A stretch of DNA of 64,000 bases from Diadema antillarum (lineage: Eukaryota), in assembly GCF_040938485.1 (NCBI RefSeq), contig NW_027271190.1, positions 682,001 to 746,000 on the forward strand, given 5' to 3'. The position numbers were made by a program, and so were the translations under genes. The notes under the pieces are model-generated. The model was not told the origin of the DNA and made no database searches. It saw nothing but the letters and a program-made list of their open reading frames with translations. Numbering within the stretch: position 1 is the first letter of the stretch; each line of letters starts with the position of its first letter. This document shows positions 23,101 to 33,625 of the stretch, piece after piece.

Positions 23101-25620
23101 TAAGTTCTCTGAATTGCATGATGTCCCAGACCGCGGACTACGAACTAAACAGAAGTACAACGGTACTATCATTATAACTCCATTGCCGAATGCTTCAGAT
23201 CAGTCCTGCGAATGTACACAATCTGAATCATAAAGGGATGATATACCCGAATGAGGCAAAGAACCAAAATCGCAGTTGCTTATGAAGAATTACAAATCTG
23301 AAATGATGAGTCATCAATGCTCATTTCTTTTTCTATCTGAAAAAAGAAAAGTTTTTTCTTTATTTAAACGGTATAACGACTGAGTTTATTTTTTAACACA
23401 ATTCAAAAACGCACAAAAAAATAAGACAAATTGACAAATGCGCCATCTCATTTCATGTTTGCATAATACACGTAGAAGGCATAATTCAGACCAACTTCAA
23501 CACACTTTCTCTCAAAGTTCACCCTCACCCTCACCCCCCCCCCCCCTTTCCCGGTCATATAGCCTATGTGATAAGCCAGTTCGGAGTTGCTTTAGCGCAT
23601 GAGTAGATTATGGTCATTTGCGAACAAACGATAATGAGACACAATGTAGACCGCCCCTGAATAATTGTCGTTACGTTGCAGTGAAAGGAAATTCTAAACA
23701 TTCACTGGAGTTTATTACAATAAAAGCAATTTGTCTACTTGATGTAGCTTTACACCCCCCCCCCCCCCCCGGGTTTAAAATTCGCGATGATTTGCACCAT
23801 TGCGAACTGCGTATTAAGTCTGTTAGGCTATAATCAGGTCATTGAAGTGTTCGATGGGTTTCATGCCGTGTCACGCTTCACATAATCACACACACCAACT
23901 GCGAGAAAGCTCTTCACTTTAACCCATTTTATTACGAGATTCTAAAATTTCTGTAAATTTTACTCGGGATTTGATGGTTTCCCGCAGGCAATGGGTTAAA
24001 GTTACCATCCGGTCTGTAGGATATGGCCATGCTGCGTAGTGACTAGAGGAATTAGCCTAAACTGTATTATAGTAGGTTATCTGGGTTTCGAGGGACGGCT
24101 AAAGAAGCTGAAAAGACTTACGAAAGCAAAGCGAAGTTGCTATGGGCAAACGCGTCCACGGTAAGTGGTTCGGAACTATAAGTTGAACCAGGAGTCTGAC
24201 TAAAGGCATTGCTATGATTCAAGCAGAGGGTTGGAACACAACCCTTACTCAAGCATTTAAGAAAACAAAAACACATAAGGAATTGGCTTGGGTTAACACT
24301 TTCATGGTCTACACAATACTTGAACAACAAGTGGTATTTCGGACAGATATCTGTGTTTGTGACGTAATTTTACGGCTGTCCAGTATATGCTGTGCTACAA
24401 AACCCACCCTCTTCCTCTTTCTCCATGTTGACAGGATTTCGTACACACGTTAACCTTCCCAAGACTATACTGAATCAAACTCCCTATTGCTAAATAGGAG
24501 GTTTGGTTCCAGTTTGGCTGTAATAGGATGATGAGCAGAGGTAATAGGATTTATATGATGAGCTCCCAATTTTAAAAAGAAAAAAAACATCAACATACGG
24601 TTGAGCTTGTCTATTAGCATTGATTACATTGTTCATAGAAATTCACGGACTCAACTCATGTGACTCGCAAAACATTCAAATTAACCTGATGTTAAGGATT
24701 TTACTCTTCCTTGCTTTGCAATTATACTCTTCTATGTTTTGTCAGCTTTGAGAAGGAAAGAAAGTAAAGATCAGCACATGCTTTCACTTTTCATACCTCC
24801 TCTAATTCTGCATTTAGTTTGACGAATGTGATTCAAGGGAAGTTGGAAAGATCTTCGACCTTTTTATTGACCTCCCTTTCGTTAAAGATTCTAGGCTTAC
24901 ATAATATCGAAGTTGTGAGAGGTAAAAGTTGTTATTTCAATTGTAGGCCCTACCTATATTAAAATGGAAATATGAGGACATAGTTTGCCCAATTTTCGAA
25001 ACAGACATTTAATAGAGATATGAAAAGAATATGGAATTTCAAAAGCGGCAAAAAGGGGAAACAAAGGGAGTGACAATAATGTCGGCGCCACTTATCGTTT
25101 GAGATGGTTTGTTTGCTTAAAGTATCATGTTTATTCTAAATAATCTGGATACTCCGTCGACATGATGTTTATGTCTACCGAAATTCAGATATTCTTAATT
25201 CTATTGTGTAAGCACTAAGTACTTTGTCTTTTCATCTTATAGCTCTTTAAGCTTTTTACCGGTGCAAACTTTTCTTTACTTCGTCGCTTGATCAACATAT
25301 TTATTCTTATAGTGTTATTGTTGTTATTTTTTGTTGTTGTTTTCATTCTTCAATACACTTCCGCTCTGTCTACTTCAAAGCAGGGAGAACCGTACAAGGA
25401 GCGACTGTCCAGCGATCAGTTCTACGCCGGCGCGACCAAGAAACTCGACGATATCGACAGGAAGGTGGACTCGGCCACCAGCGACCAATCGAAGAAAGAT
25501 CTCAACTTTCAGCGTCGCTTCGACCGCCTCGAGCGCAAAGTGGACGCGCTGCTCTCCAAACGTAACCAACGGGTGAAGCTGGAAGCCGCCTCGGACAGTA
25601 ACCGGGAAGCAGCGAAATGA
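5440..25620 (+). CDS. TRPA1: TRPA-a: TRPA1-like ankyrin-repeat TRP channel, multi-exon gene; 5' end unresolved; pore/S6 exon truncated in this assembly
   Basis: Exons 5440-5598, 6062-6271, 7455-7548, 8926-9193, 9949-10570, 10839-10930, 12077-12274, 12914-13034, 14048-14187, 14955-15076, 16197-16340, 17046-17347, 17767-18090, 18795-18932, 19362-19470, 20499-20590, [21786-21840 remnant], 22171-22239, 22905-23099, 25384-25620. All junction phases are compatible. Ankyrin TPLH motifs, pre-S1 ELLDHP..HKW, S4 FLAWINLLLFLR..FGIYVIM, TRP-like helix VGVAVYD and a C-terminal coiled coil. Symbol means TRPA1-like, not proven orthology. Confidence 0.9.
5756..5983. other. Assembly gap (N run); others at 18503-18641, 21558-21703, 34352-34500, 47548-47727, 55330-55661
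   Basis: N runs, mostly next to simple repeats. Confidence 0.99.
6062..6271 (+). CDS. TRPA-a exon (ankyrin)
   Basis: ttttcag|AEDRRHRTPLLLAC...NTPLHIV...QLRD|gtaagg; 210 nt, same as paralog exon 48092-48301. Confidence 0.95.
6753..6943. mobile_element. pogo/Tigger-like (Tc1/mariner superfamily) MITE
   Basis: TA|CAGTGCATTTCCGTTATAA...TTATAACGGGAGTGCACTG|TA; degenerate copy at ~40871-41062. Confidence 0.8.
7455..7548 (+). CDS. TRPA-a exon (ankyrin), probable GC donor
   Basis: catccag|LLASWNWNWVAPIHDAVRAGKTEFVRKCLDE|gcaagt; 94 nt, same as paralog exon 49416-49509; alternative in-phase GT donor at 7591. Confidence 0.85.
8926..9193 (+). CDS. TRPA-a exon (ankyrin)
   Basis: aacag|..LQAEQRQQ...NSLLHIAATLGN...RTPLHSAC...LVQ|gtgagt; phases 1/2. 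Confidence 0.92.
9949..10570 (+). CDS. TRPA-a exon (ankyrin with Gly/Ser/acidic insertion)
   Basis: ttctag|GASLEQRDADYLTALQIAA...(xGGSG)n...ENKAKVLK|gtaaac; 622 nt versus 190 nt in paralog. Confidence 0.9.
10839..10930 (+). CDS. TRPA-a exon (ankyrin; not in ORF track)
   Basis: cctttcag|LLLRYRSKLDDVMDQDIDCYMMHAARNGHT|gtgagt; phases 0/2; paralog 52049-52137. Confidence 0.88.
11085..11170. repeat. (GATT)n(GATG)n microsatellite
   Basis: Direct reading. Confidence 0.9.
12077..12274 (+). CDS. TRPA-a exon (ankyrin)
   Basis: cgacag|MVGALIRWKP...FPLHIAAQHG...DEN|gtaagc; phases 2/2. Confidence 0.92.
12914..13034 (+). CDS. TRPA-a exon (ankyrin)
   Basis: aagcag|SPTKSGGKTALHYAAANG...RDTQE|gtacga; 121 nt, same as paralog. 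Confidence 0.93.
13119..13370 (+). repeat. Dispersed repeat family D, copy 1 (unclassified)
   Basis: gctaaaaaacaaagaaaata...tattccttgttatgtcacaagtgaggtat...tagctcattttgc..aaactcttc recurs at ~59981-60238 in a non-orthologous intron. Confidence 0.75.
14048..14187 (+). CDS. TRPA-a exon (ankyrin)
   Basis: cctcag|TTPLHLACDGGNFDAVKLLL...NCLDFAVDNEQ|gtacgt. Confidence 0.93.
14955..15076 (+). CDS. TRPA-a exon (last ankyrin / coupling domain)
   Basis: ccatag|NVANLLLSHPNWRQLM...STPMRKLIAKLP|gtacgt; 122 nt, same as paralog. Confidence 0.93.
16197..16340 (+). CDS. TRPA-a exon (coupling domain)
   Basis: tttgtag|AVAQTVMDKCLT...EFEFELIDDSFSAW...HK|gtacga. Confidence 0.93.
17046..17347 (+). CDS. TRPA-a exon (variable linker before pre-S1)
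   Basis: ttttgcag acceptor (second in-frame acceptor at 17057), open to DHPLSEM|gtaagc; phases 1/0. Confidence 0.8.
17364..17538 (+). mobile_element. Short dispersed element with internal (TAACCC)-like array and subterminal inverted motif
   Basis: gggcaattacccc...accctaaccctaat...gggggtaactgccc; reverse-oriented copy at 61878-62058. Confidence 0.75.
17767..18090 (+). CDS. TRPA-a exon (pre-S1, S1, start of S2)
   Basis: ggacag|VSAGRAELLDHPLTRTLVNHKW...LSLFRE|gtaaca. Confidence 0.95.
18795..18932 (+). CDS. TRPA-a exon (S2-S3; not in ORF track)
   Basis: aaccag|VILMAIERQYYFRVRSMMVWTLHILTILLVIP...RLRR|gtatgt. Confidence 0.88.
19362..19470 (+). CDS. TRPA-a exon (S4, S4-S5 linker)
   Basis: tttctcag|DWQWQCGSVAVFLAWINLLLFLRHFSVFGIYVIMLT|gttagt. 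Confidence 0.95.
19600..20017. mobile_element. TTAA-flanked foldback MITE family C (~168-bp arms)
   Basis: TTAA|AGGGAAGGTAAACCCCAAGAGC... near-perfect arms 19604-19771 and 19846-20013|TTAA. Confidence 0.92.
20232..20378. repeat. Small imperfect foldback (~60-bp arms)
   Basis: tttatagacatgataaaaaa...aaaccact / agtggttt...ttttttattatgtctgtaaa. Confidence 0.65.
20499..20590 (+). CDS. TRPA-a exon (S5)
   Basis: tttttcag|EIMKSFLKFVKVFLIFLLGFALVFYMLLMNQ|gtatag; 92 nt, same as paralog. Confidence 0.95.
21786..21860 (+). pseudogene. Truncated pore exon remnant of TRPA-a (pore helix only; no filter, S6 or donor)
   Basis: ttttcttcacgcag|QPFHRVQHSLLKTLAMMA aligns with paralog NPFNTLGYSMAKTFVMMI. After 21840 the sequence turns AT-rich, with in-frame TAG at 21858-21860. 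No S6-coding sequence lies before the next exon at 22171. Confidence 0.8.
22171..22239 (+). CDS. TRPA-a exon (end of S6 / TRP-like helix)
   Basis: gccacag|VGVAVYDVQKIRQRAKFHHLAIQ|gtaagt; 69 nt, same as paralog. Confidence 0.95.
22905..23099 (+). CDS. TRPA-a exon (C-terminal, Cys-rich)
   Basis: aaatag|VETVLEMQRLLP...GGGCCPGVTRCCRK...SATTD|gtaagt. Confidence 0.9.
23919..23999. mobile_element. Possible minimal piggyBac-type relic
   Basis: TTAA|CCCAT...ATGGG|TTAA; only 5 bp of terminal match. Confidence 0.4.
25384..25620 (+). CDS. TRPA-a terminal exon (coiled coil, TGA stop)
   Basis: aaagcag|GEPYKER...LDDIDRKVD...RFDRLERKVDALL...EAAK*; heptad pattern; phase 0. Confidence 0.88.
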   Translation, partial: GEPYKERLSSDQFYAGATKKLDDIDRKVDSATSDQSKKDLNFQRRFDRLERKVDALLSKRNQRVKLEAASDSNREAAK

Positions 25621-26072
25621 AACAGGCGCATCGAGAACTTGATCGAGAATGCTGAACCAGGAGGAATTCTTGAATGATTGGGATAAGCATTAACTCTCTC
25701 CATGCCGCAGACAAAATGCTTACGTATAATGCCAATAGGATTTTAGGATGGCAGTCGCTAGAGGGTTAAGCTGATGTTGATAGAACACAACAGAGTTAAG
25801 CAGAGAGTTTATTATGTTAAGTTTGTCATGTTACGAATTACGATTACACTTTATTATCCGAGGCCGCTTGAAAGCAATCAAATTGTTTCTATGTTTGTTT
25901 CTATGTTGTTTGTCTGTTTGGGGTTATGTCATATTTCAATCCGTCGAAATTATAGTGCTTGTTAGTGATGTTATGCCATGGCGCTATGCAAAACGACATA
26001 TTAATCATGTTAATCTTTTCCCCAGTTTTATATGCCAAGATACTGAATGTCGGACACGCAGGCCTAAAAATC

Positions 26073-26463
26073 TTAAAGGAATTGTATAGTTTTGCTTGAG
26101 ACCTTACTTCAGGTTTCTAACATTTGTTGGTGAGACAATGAGAAACCTCCTATGAAATGTGAAAGAGCATGTAATTCTGAGAGGAATTCAACGTTAATTT
26201 GATGAAAACTGGTTTCAAAATGGCTGAGATATCCACAAGAGGGCGATCCCCATAAAAGGCGAGACCCACCTTTTATTACGATCTCTTTGTTTCACTTTAT
26301 TTTTGGATGTCTCATCCATTCGAAAACCGATTTTCCTCAAATAAACTTTGAATTCCTCTTAGAATGGTATGTTCTGTGTAATATTTCGTAAGTGGTTTCT
26401 TGGTATCTCGCAAAAAGTTAAAAGCACAATCCTCATCTCCACCAATACTAAACCATCCTTTAA
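26073..26463. mobile_element. TTAA-flanked MITE family B, copy 1
   Basis: TTAA|AGGAATTGTATAGTTTTG...CCAATACTAAACCATCCT|TTAA; homologous to 32515-32903. Confidence 0.85.
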
Positions 26464-28052
26464 CATTTTCTCTGGCTTTGACGAAGAAAGAAAGTCCAAA
26501 CCATGAAGAGAGTTACCGCTCTATATTATGTATCTTAAAAGTGACAAATGCCAAACGTTTAGTCATCAAATGTCATGATGCTGTCAGCATCGCGAAATTA
26601 CGCATTGAAACCACGATAGTCCGGAATTTACACCGAAGAATAGCTTCTGTTCAAGACTGCTGTGATACATTTCGGCATACTTAAACTGCGATACTGTGAG
26701 GGAAAAAAAAGACTAATTGCATTCACGGGAAGGAGATCTGATATCAAATAAAGAAATTTACGTAAAAAAACAACGAACTCAAATTTGAATGCAAAATGTG
26801 AAATTTTAGACAGCGAGGTTATGGTCTGTCTGGAAATGAGAGTTTCTGAAGTTTGTTCCATGAGGTGGTGTCGCCCATTGACTAAAACGTATCAAGTTAG
26901 GGCACATTACAACGTTTGTCCCAACATGACAATGGGACAAAAGATCAGATAGGTGATTGTTCGGAGGTCACCAATGATGTAACATCGGTACATAGTGATG
27001 TCCCTTCTCCTCATCTTTTGTTCGCATCTGGGACAGGGTAATCTTTTGTGTCTGGAGGCCAAAGAGGCATTAAATCTCTAAACCATGCTGGAACAATATC
27101 ATCATAAAGTAGATGATACATAAAAAACAACCAACAATATATTGTGGCACAAATTGGCAATACACAATGTGTGATGGTGGCAGAATACAAAGTACGTGTT
27201 TGAAAGTCAGTGAAATGTGTCTTGTGGTCTGTAGAAGCTTTTAGTCCATCCCCGGTTATAGAAACAATGAATAAAAGATAGATAAGACATTAAAATGGCT
27301 CAGGTCAAATCTTAGACCGACCACTTTCTGGGCTTAAAGGTAACAATTGGAAACTGTTCATCAATATCATTTTATTCCATAGTAAATGGTTGTAACGTCT
27401 GATCAAGTCAATGCATAACAGACTTATCAGTCTCGGCTCGATCCATGTGTTATCGTCTGTCTGCGGATATTCGTTTATTTTCAACCAATACAGTTCTCTG
27501 CCAATACTTAATCCTGTCAAAATTTCTTTTACAATAAGAGTAACATTGTATTCTCAACAGCCAAGGTATATGATAAACTATGCGAGCAAAGAGAAAAGGT
27601 TTGGTTGATTTTTCATTGATCCTACTTTGTATATGAGCTTCTCCGTTTACATTTTCATTTCTGATGTATTGACATAATTTCGTTTGTACAAATAGTACAA
27701 CAGTTTCGACATTTGTATAGTTTGTAGAATTAGCTAGATGCTACGATAAGTATCGCTTTAGTATTATTTGATTTGTACGTCATTGGATGCGTTATTAGAA
27801 TTCTGCATCCATATACGACATGATTATACGAAAGTCAAGTTAGAGGATGCCACCAAATCAATATCGCATTATCTAAAGAACACCCATATAGCTTTTGGTA
27901 TATGCGAGAACAAGATAATGTTAAGAGATGTAGTAAGCAGAGGATGAAATAGAGTTGAACGAAAATATCAAGTTGATGGGTGATAATGAGTTAATGTCAC
28001 CGTAGGTCGTACAACCTTTTCGCCAGGAAATCTTGAAAGGCAGCATTTGACG

Positions 28053-28456
28053 TTAAAGATAATAAAGTTTTGGTACCTCAAAAGTTTCCCTGAGTTTCCT
28101 TGTCTTAGTTTGTGTTTCAGGTTAAAGTACCTTTCATATAACTAACACTGTGAGACTTACTCTCCCCAAAGTGCTCTCATGTCTTAGTAATCATGCAATA
28201 ATGGTTTCGTTCCAGAGCAGAGCGGGCTCTGAAAAATTCGAACGAGCCGTTAGTTTGACTCGACGCGTTACCGCGATAATCAATGTACACGTATTGTACG
28301 AAACCATTATTGCATGATTACTAAGACATGAGAGGACTTTGGGGCGAGTAAGTCTCACAGTGTTAGTTATATGAAAGGTACTTTAACCTGAAACACAAAC
28401 TAAGACAAGGAAACTCAGGGAAACTTTTGAGGTACCAAAACTTATATTATCTTTAA
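28053..28456. mobile_element. TTAA-flanked foldback MITE family E (~154-bp arms)
   Basis: TTAA|AGATAATAAAGTTTTGGTACCTC... arms 28057-28210 and 28298-28452|TTAA. Confidence 0.92.
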
Positions 28457-29200
28457 CTAAGAAAGAAATACATAGTTAGTACTGTCGATTGGAATGAATA
28501 AGATTGATCATTGTGTCATGTACACTGGCAAAATAACAAAAGGAGAGTACAACCGGGAAAGTTTGTCGCATCTATGATTAAATAATGAAATTACTATAAT
28601 GCTTCTTGCGGCCGTGTATCGAATCCGTTGATAAACATGACTACATTTAATCTGAGTCTACTACAAACTGTACTGACAGTAAGGTGCAGGTGATTGCACT
28701 CCGTTTACTAATAAGAGATATCACGCAGATCAAATTAGTCACCAAAACATACTTGCTTTGTTAATTTTCATGGCATTTGCCATTTTGTTAAATAATTTGA
28801 GTATGGATTTCATACACCAGTGCTATTTGAAATCAGTTCTAGTTTCATATAGGGCTGCTGCCCAAAAGTAGTCAAAAGGTAAACTTTTACTCCAAAGTAA
28901 TATTTTGCTTGTATAGATCTAGCTTTTGACCAAAGAAAGTTCTAAAATGGAATGAAATTGTTGTGTTGTTTAGAGTGCGTACTCTTTTATGTCCGTTTAG
29001 ATATACATTGTATATCACTTTATGCGAGCCGAAGTTTCGACGATAATATGGAGAAACTCATCCTGGCCAAAATAAGTAATGCCTCCTAATGGAACTCAAA
29101 GACTGTCAGCTTTGTCGTATTTTAAAGTTAATGGAACAATAAACGATCAACATGCATAGTCGTTGATGCAAGACGAATGTGCCAAGGAGTCAATGTGCAC

Positions 29201-29409
29201 AAAAGTGGTTTCTTCCGCGTACGGAAACTTTCACGGTTTCCATCGGTGCCAACTTTTTCGCGTGTGTTTAAATTCGCGGTCGGTAATGATAGTATTGTAA
29301 CAAGCGACGAGTTCAAAACATTTTCGCGTGATGTTAAATTCGCGGTTCAACCTCAAAGCGCGAAAAGCGCGAAAATAAAACCACCGCGAAAGAAACCACT
29401 TTTACAGTA
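29201..29409. mobile_element. MITE with CGCG-rich subterminal motifs
   Basis: aaaagtggtttcttccgcg...ccgcgaaagaaaccacttttacagta inverted ends. Confidence 0.65.
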
Positions 29410-32400
29410 TATTACTATGGACAAGAAATTAATGTACCACGCGCAGAGGGTTAGATAGAGCTTCGCGTCTAATAAGAACAAAAAATAGCTGACGTAGATA
29501 AAATGGAATCGTTTACTTAGATATGCTGCGGATGTTGCATGATCTTGAATACACAATGACAGAATGCGCGACATAAAGCAGAAAGAGCTGAAGTGTAGGA
29601 AATAGAATAAATTTTAGACAGAAGGGTTTATTATGCATTTTGACCGCGTTGTTTATGATCTATACTGCATTTCATTTCATGCACTATTTCTGTCGTAGAT
29701 AAAGTGCATTTGCAACATTGATCCCCCGTACAATAATTCATTGTTGTGATGCACGACCGTGCAACATATAACGAAAGCAATGAATGTCACGTGGTGCCTA
29801 TTCAACAACTCATAAGTCAGAATATCTGCCATCCCGCCAATAACCGCACTCCAATATCCAAAATGAACTCTAACGGCAAAGCTGCCGAACTTTTTAATGT
29901 GATGATGACATTGCATAAAATCCCATGAATTGTTCGGCAGTGATGGAGACTATGCACTTTAACTATATAGATTTAAATTCAAAGGGATGATATAGTTTTG
30001 GTTTAAATGGGAATTCATGTTTTAAGTCTTTGTGAGATAATTAGAAACTTATACATGAAATATGAAAGGGTACACAATTCTAAGTGGAATACAAAGTTTA
30101 TTAACTTTGATGAAACGCAAAGCAAAACAAAATGGTCTATATTAAAAGGTGGGTCCCACTTTATATTAGAACCACTTTGTTTTCAAATGTCTAACCCATT
30201 TTAAAACCGATTTACATCAAATAAACTTTGCAAACTTCCTGGATTTTTATGCTCTTTAATGGTTCTATAAATGGTTTTCAATTATTTCACAAAGAGTTAA
30301 AACCTGATCTACATTTCAACCAAAACTATCATTGACTATACTACCCCTTCAAGGACTTACGGAGATATGAACTTCATGTATTCATGTACGAAATAACTAA
30401 GAGTGTTGTCAAACGTGAATGTGTCGCAGTGTCGGGTTTAGCAGTAAAACAAATAAGAAGCTTTTAGAGTAAATCTCGATGTAACAAGTCTTTCAATGGT
30501 TATCAGTAAATTAATTGCATCCATGATGTTTTCGATTCTTCACCCAATAAGGACTGTAAGACAGTTAGATTCGAAATAAAATAAAGGTGTATACACAGAA
30601 TATACTTGCCGTATTCATGCGTTTCTCTCCGCCATGGTCTGTTTTAATCGATGGTAAACTGATGGTAAATCATGATTGTCCGTATGAAATTGATATTGAC
30701 TATTTCTTGCAACCTGTGGCTGTTCTGTTGTTTGTTTCGTTGCAAGTCTGTTTTCAAATGGATCATACATTCCTGGGCGTAACTTCAGACAACAGTTCAT
30801 GTTCTTCCTCGCTGTCATTGCGAAAATTTCACACTCTGTCAACATTATGCCACATTCCTCGCTAAAAGTAAAACTTATTTGGTCATGAGATAATCGCGTG
30901 ATTTACTAATTTTGAAATAACTCCTTCTTAATATATTCCCTCTTCAGTAACGCTGGTGATGAAAAAGTAGAAAAATACCTTTCGGTGATGATCTAACCTA
31001 TAGACCTTTGACTCAAAACGCGGAGAAAATACCCAGAAATACTAGCCATGCGCATCAACGTCTGTGTTTCCTTTCCTTGGATGCTTGATACAGCTATCCT
31101 ACTGAGATAATAAAAGGCAGGTCAATATACAGGGCTAAACCCTTTTCATCAATGTTCATAATATATCTAAATCTATACACTCGTAACAAATAGCAAGATT
31201 ATATTCCCCAGAGCATTTCGAACATGTTAAATCGCAAACATCAAGATTTGGCAGGGTACAAATACGTGACAGACTTTTATACTATACTATGGTAGTGACT
31301 GGTACCGTAAAAGCTTAGAAGGTTTTCCATTTTTATTGATTTCATCTTGATATTACACTGTTAATGTATCCATTCATCATGACGTCAGAATCTATAAAGT
31401 TTAAAAAGGATTTGTGGAATTCATTTGAGTTGAATTAATCATGTAGAGTTTGAATGGGACAGATGAACGTCAAGATCAAATCAAAGGCAAAGGTAGGTGT
31501 TTGTTGCTAACTCATGAACTTGACATTAAACATGACTCTTTCCCTCTCACACTATTGTACCTTGTACATGTGTGTGCTCGTATGATGTGCTTGTTTGTTT
31601 GCCCAAAAGATAATAATTAATGAACGGATGACTGAACTTAAATCCTCAGCCAATTCGCTCATAATATTCGAACGAATACACAAACCAAATAGATAGCGGA
31701 TATTGTATGATTGAGGTACAGAATGTGGTTAAGAGGAGACGAGTGGTAAGGTATAACTGAACACTTAATTCTTCAGATAAGTTCCCACAAAGGTAATCAT
31801 AAAGACGTCGTGCAAGGAAGAACCAAGGGGAGTAAAATACGCAGGTGCGTGATGCACATTAGACTTGTATAGTGTCTGACTTTACATCTGTCCGAACCCA
31901 GGATTCCTGAGTCGCCTCACCTCCCTGGTCCGAACCTGTATTGTCTGCTGATCTAAAGACTTTGAAGAGAGTTTGACTAAAGGACTGAAGGATTAATCAC
32001 ATTTATACGCGGGGTTGTCCCCCGGGACAAAGGGTTTGGGGATTAATGCAGAACAGGAATTGTTGTCCATTCACACTGGCATAAAAAAAAGAAGAAAAAC
32101 AAAATTGCGGTTCAGTCAAGTCGATCAAGAATTGTGAGAGGCGTGCATGTCGCTACTTGGAGCTCTCTGAAAAAAAAAAGACGCCGTGTACTCCCGCGCC
32201 CGCGTAATAGAAGCAGGGACGTTGAAGAGAGAGAAGCGAGGGGCATGAAGAATACTTTGCAAGGACTAAAATCTGACAATGACGATGACTCTAACACCAG
32301 GTTTGGTGGTGTGACCGTATTTTTAAGATGCAATGTGTAAGATTTTGTAAGAAAGCATAGTATTCTCAGTTTTTGCTGATTGCCGATAGAAGTGATATTG

Positions 32401-32514
32401 TATCGAATTACCCCCACCCCACCCCATCCCACCCCAGGCGCGCATCGCATAATCAACAACAGAATATATTTTTTTTTTTGCAACTAAGTTAACGATCTGT
32501 CTATAGACCAGACC

Positions 32515-32903
32515 TTAAAGGGATCATACAGTTTTGGTTGAGTCCTAATTTCAGGTTTCTAACATTTTTGGTGAGATAATGAGAAATCTCTTATGAAATA
32601 TGAAAGAGCATGTAATTCTATGAGGAATTCAATATTTATTTGATGAAAATTGGTTTTGAAATGGCTGAGATATCAAAAAAAGAGCGATTCTAATAAAGTG
32701 TGGGACCCACACTTTATTACGATCACTTTGTTTTACTTTGTTTTTTGATGTTTCAGTCATTCCACACCCAATTTTCATCAAATAAACTTTGAATTCCTCT
32801 TAAAATGGTATGTTCTGTACTGTATCATAAGTGTTTTCTTGGTATCTCCCAAAAAGTTAAAAGCCCAATTCTCATCTCCACCAATACTGTACCATCCCTT
32901 TAA
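32515..32903. mobile_element. TTAA-flanked MITE family B, copy 2
   Basis: TTAA|AGGGATCATACAGT...ACTGTACCATCCCT|TTAA; central hairpin taataaagtgtggg-a-cccacactttatta. Confidence 0.88.
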
Positions 32904-33124
32904 GATCACACTACGTGAATAATCTGCAGTATGTAAGTACACGAAGAAAGTGACATTATTTTCAGTGACAGCCAGACATGATATGACATGATATGATATG
33001 AGACATATGATTTAACCATATGTGGTAGAAAGAAAGTTTGTAACCAAAACAGTAATATCACAGGGTTAAGAATTACCAGCATCATAAGAGAATACAATTA
33101 CTTCACTTACTACATTACTCCAGT

Positions 33125-33625
33125 TCTCCAACCCCTCCCTCCTTCCACTCGCTCCCCATACATCAACGTCATGAACGTATCATCTTTATAATCCTTCTCC
33201 ATTGTTTATAAGATATGTAATAATCTTGCCAAATCTTATCTCAAAGACTTGATTTCTCTACGCTCCTCCACTTCAAATCGTTCTCTCTGTTCTTTCTCCA
33301 CTCTGCAACTATCACATGGTAACTGCACCTGTACCCGTTATGGTGACAGTGCTTCTTCTGATATTTCTTTATCTCTGTCGAACAAACTCCCTCCTCATAT
33401 TTGAAATGCTTGAAGTGTGGATGAGTTTAAACCATTGCTTAAAACTTATCTATTTACTCAGTCCTAATTTTGTTGTTGTTGTTGCTGCTGCTGTTGTTGT
33501 TGTTATATATGTATATTATTAGTAACGATATGCTGTATTTTATTCTATAATGCGCTTATATAGAAACGCCAGTATTAAGCGCTATATGAGTGTTGGTTAT
33601 AATTATTATCGTTGTTACTAATAAG
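33125..33625 (+). mobile_element. L2-clade LINE 3' remnant (ORF2 C-terminus plus tail)
   Basis: Translates with a frameshift and stops as FHSLPIHQR..IVYKICNNLAKSYLKDLI..RSL..TRYGD..NKLPPHI*..SVDEFKPLLKTYLF, the typical L2 ORF2 end, then aagcgctatat and a tattatt tail. Confidence 0.75.

Noticed and set aside
27300-27950. Possible minus-strand CR1/L2 RT remnant
   Set aside because: Only faint motif echoes (LDNAILIW, LLWNK); too degraded to support without an HMM search.
32134-32340. Basic 68-aa ORF with KKKRRR (NLS-like)
   Set aside because: Short, depends on an A-run, no splice or homology support.
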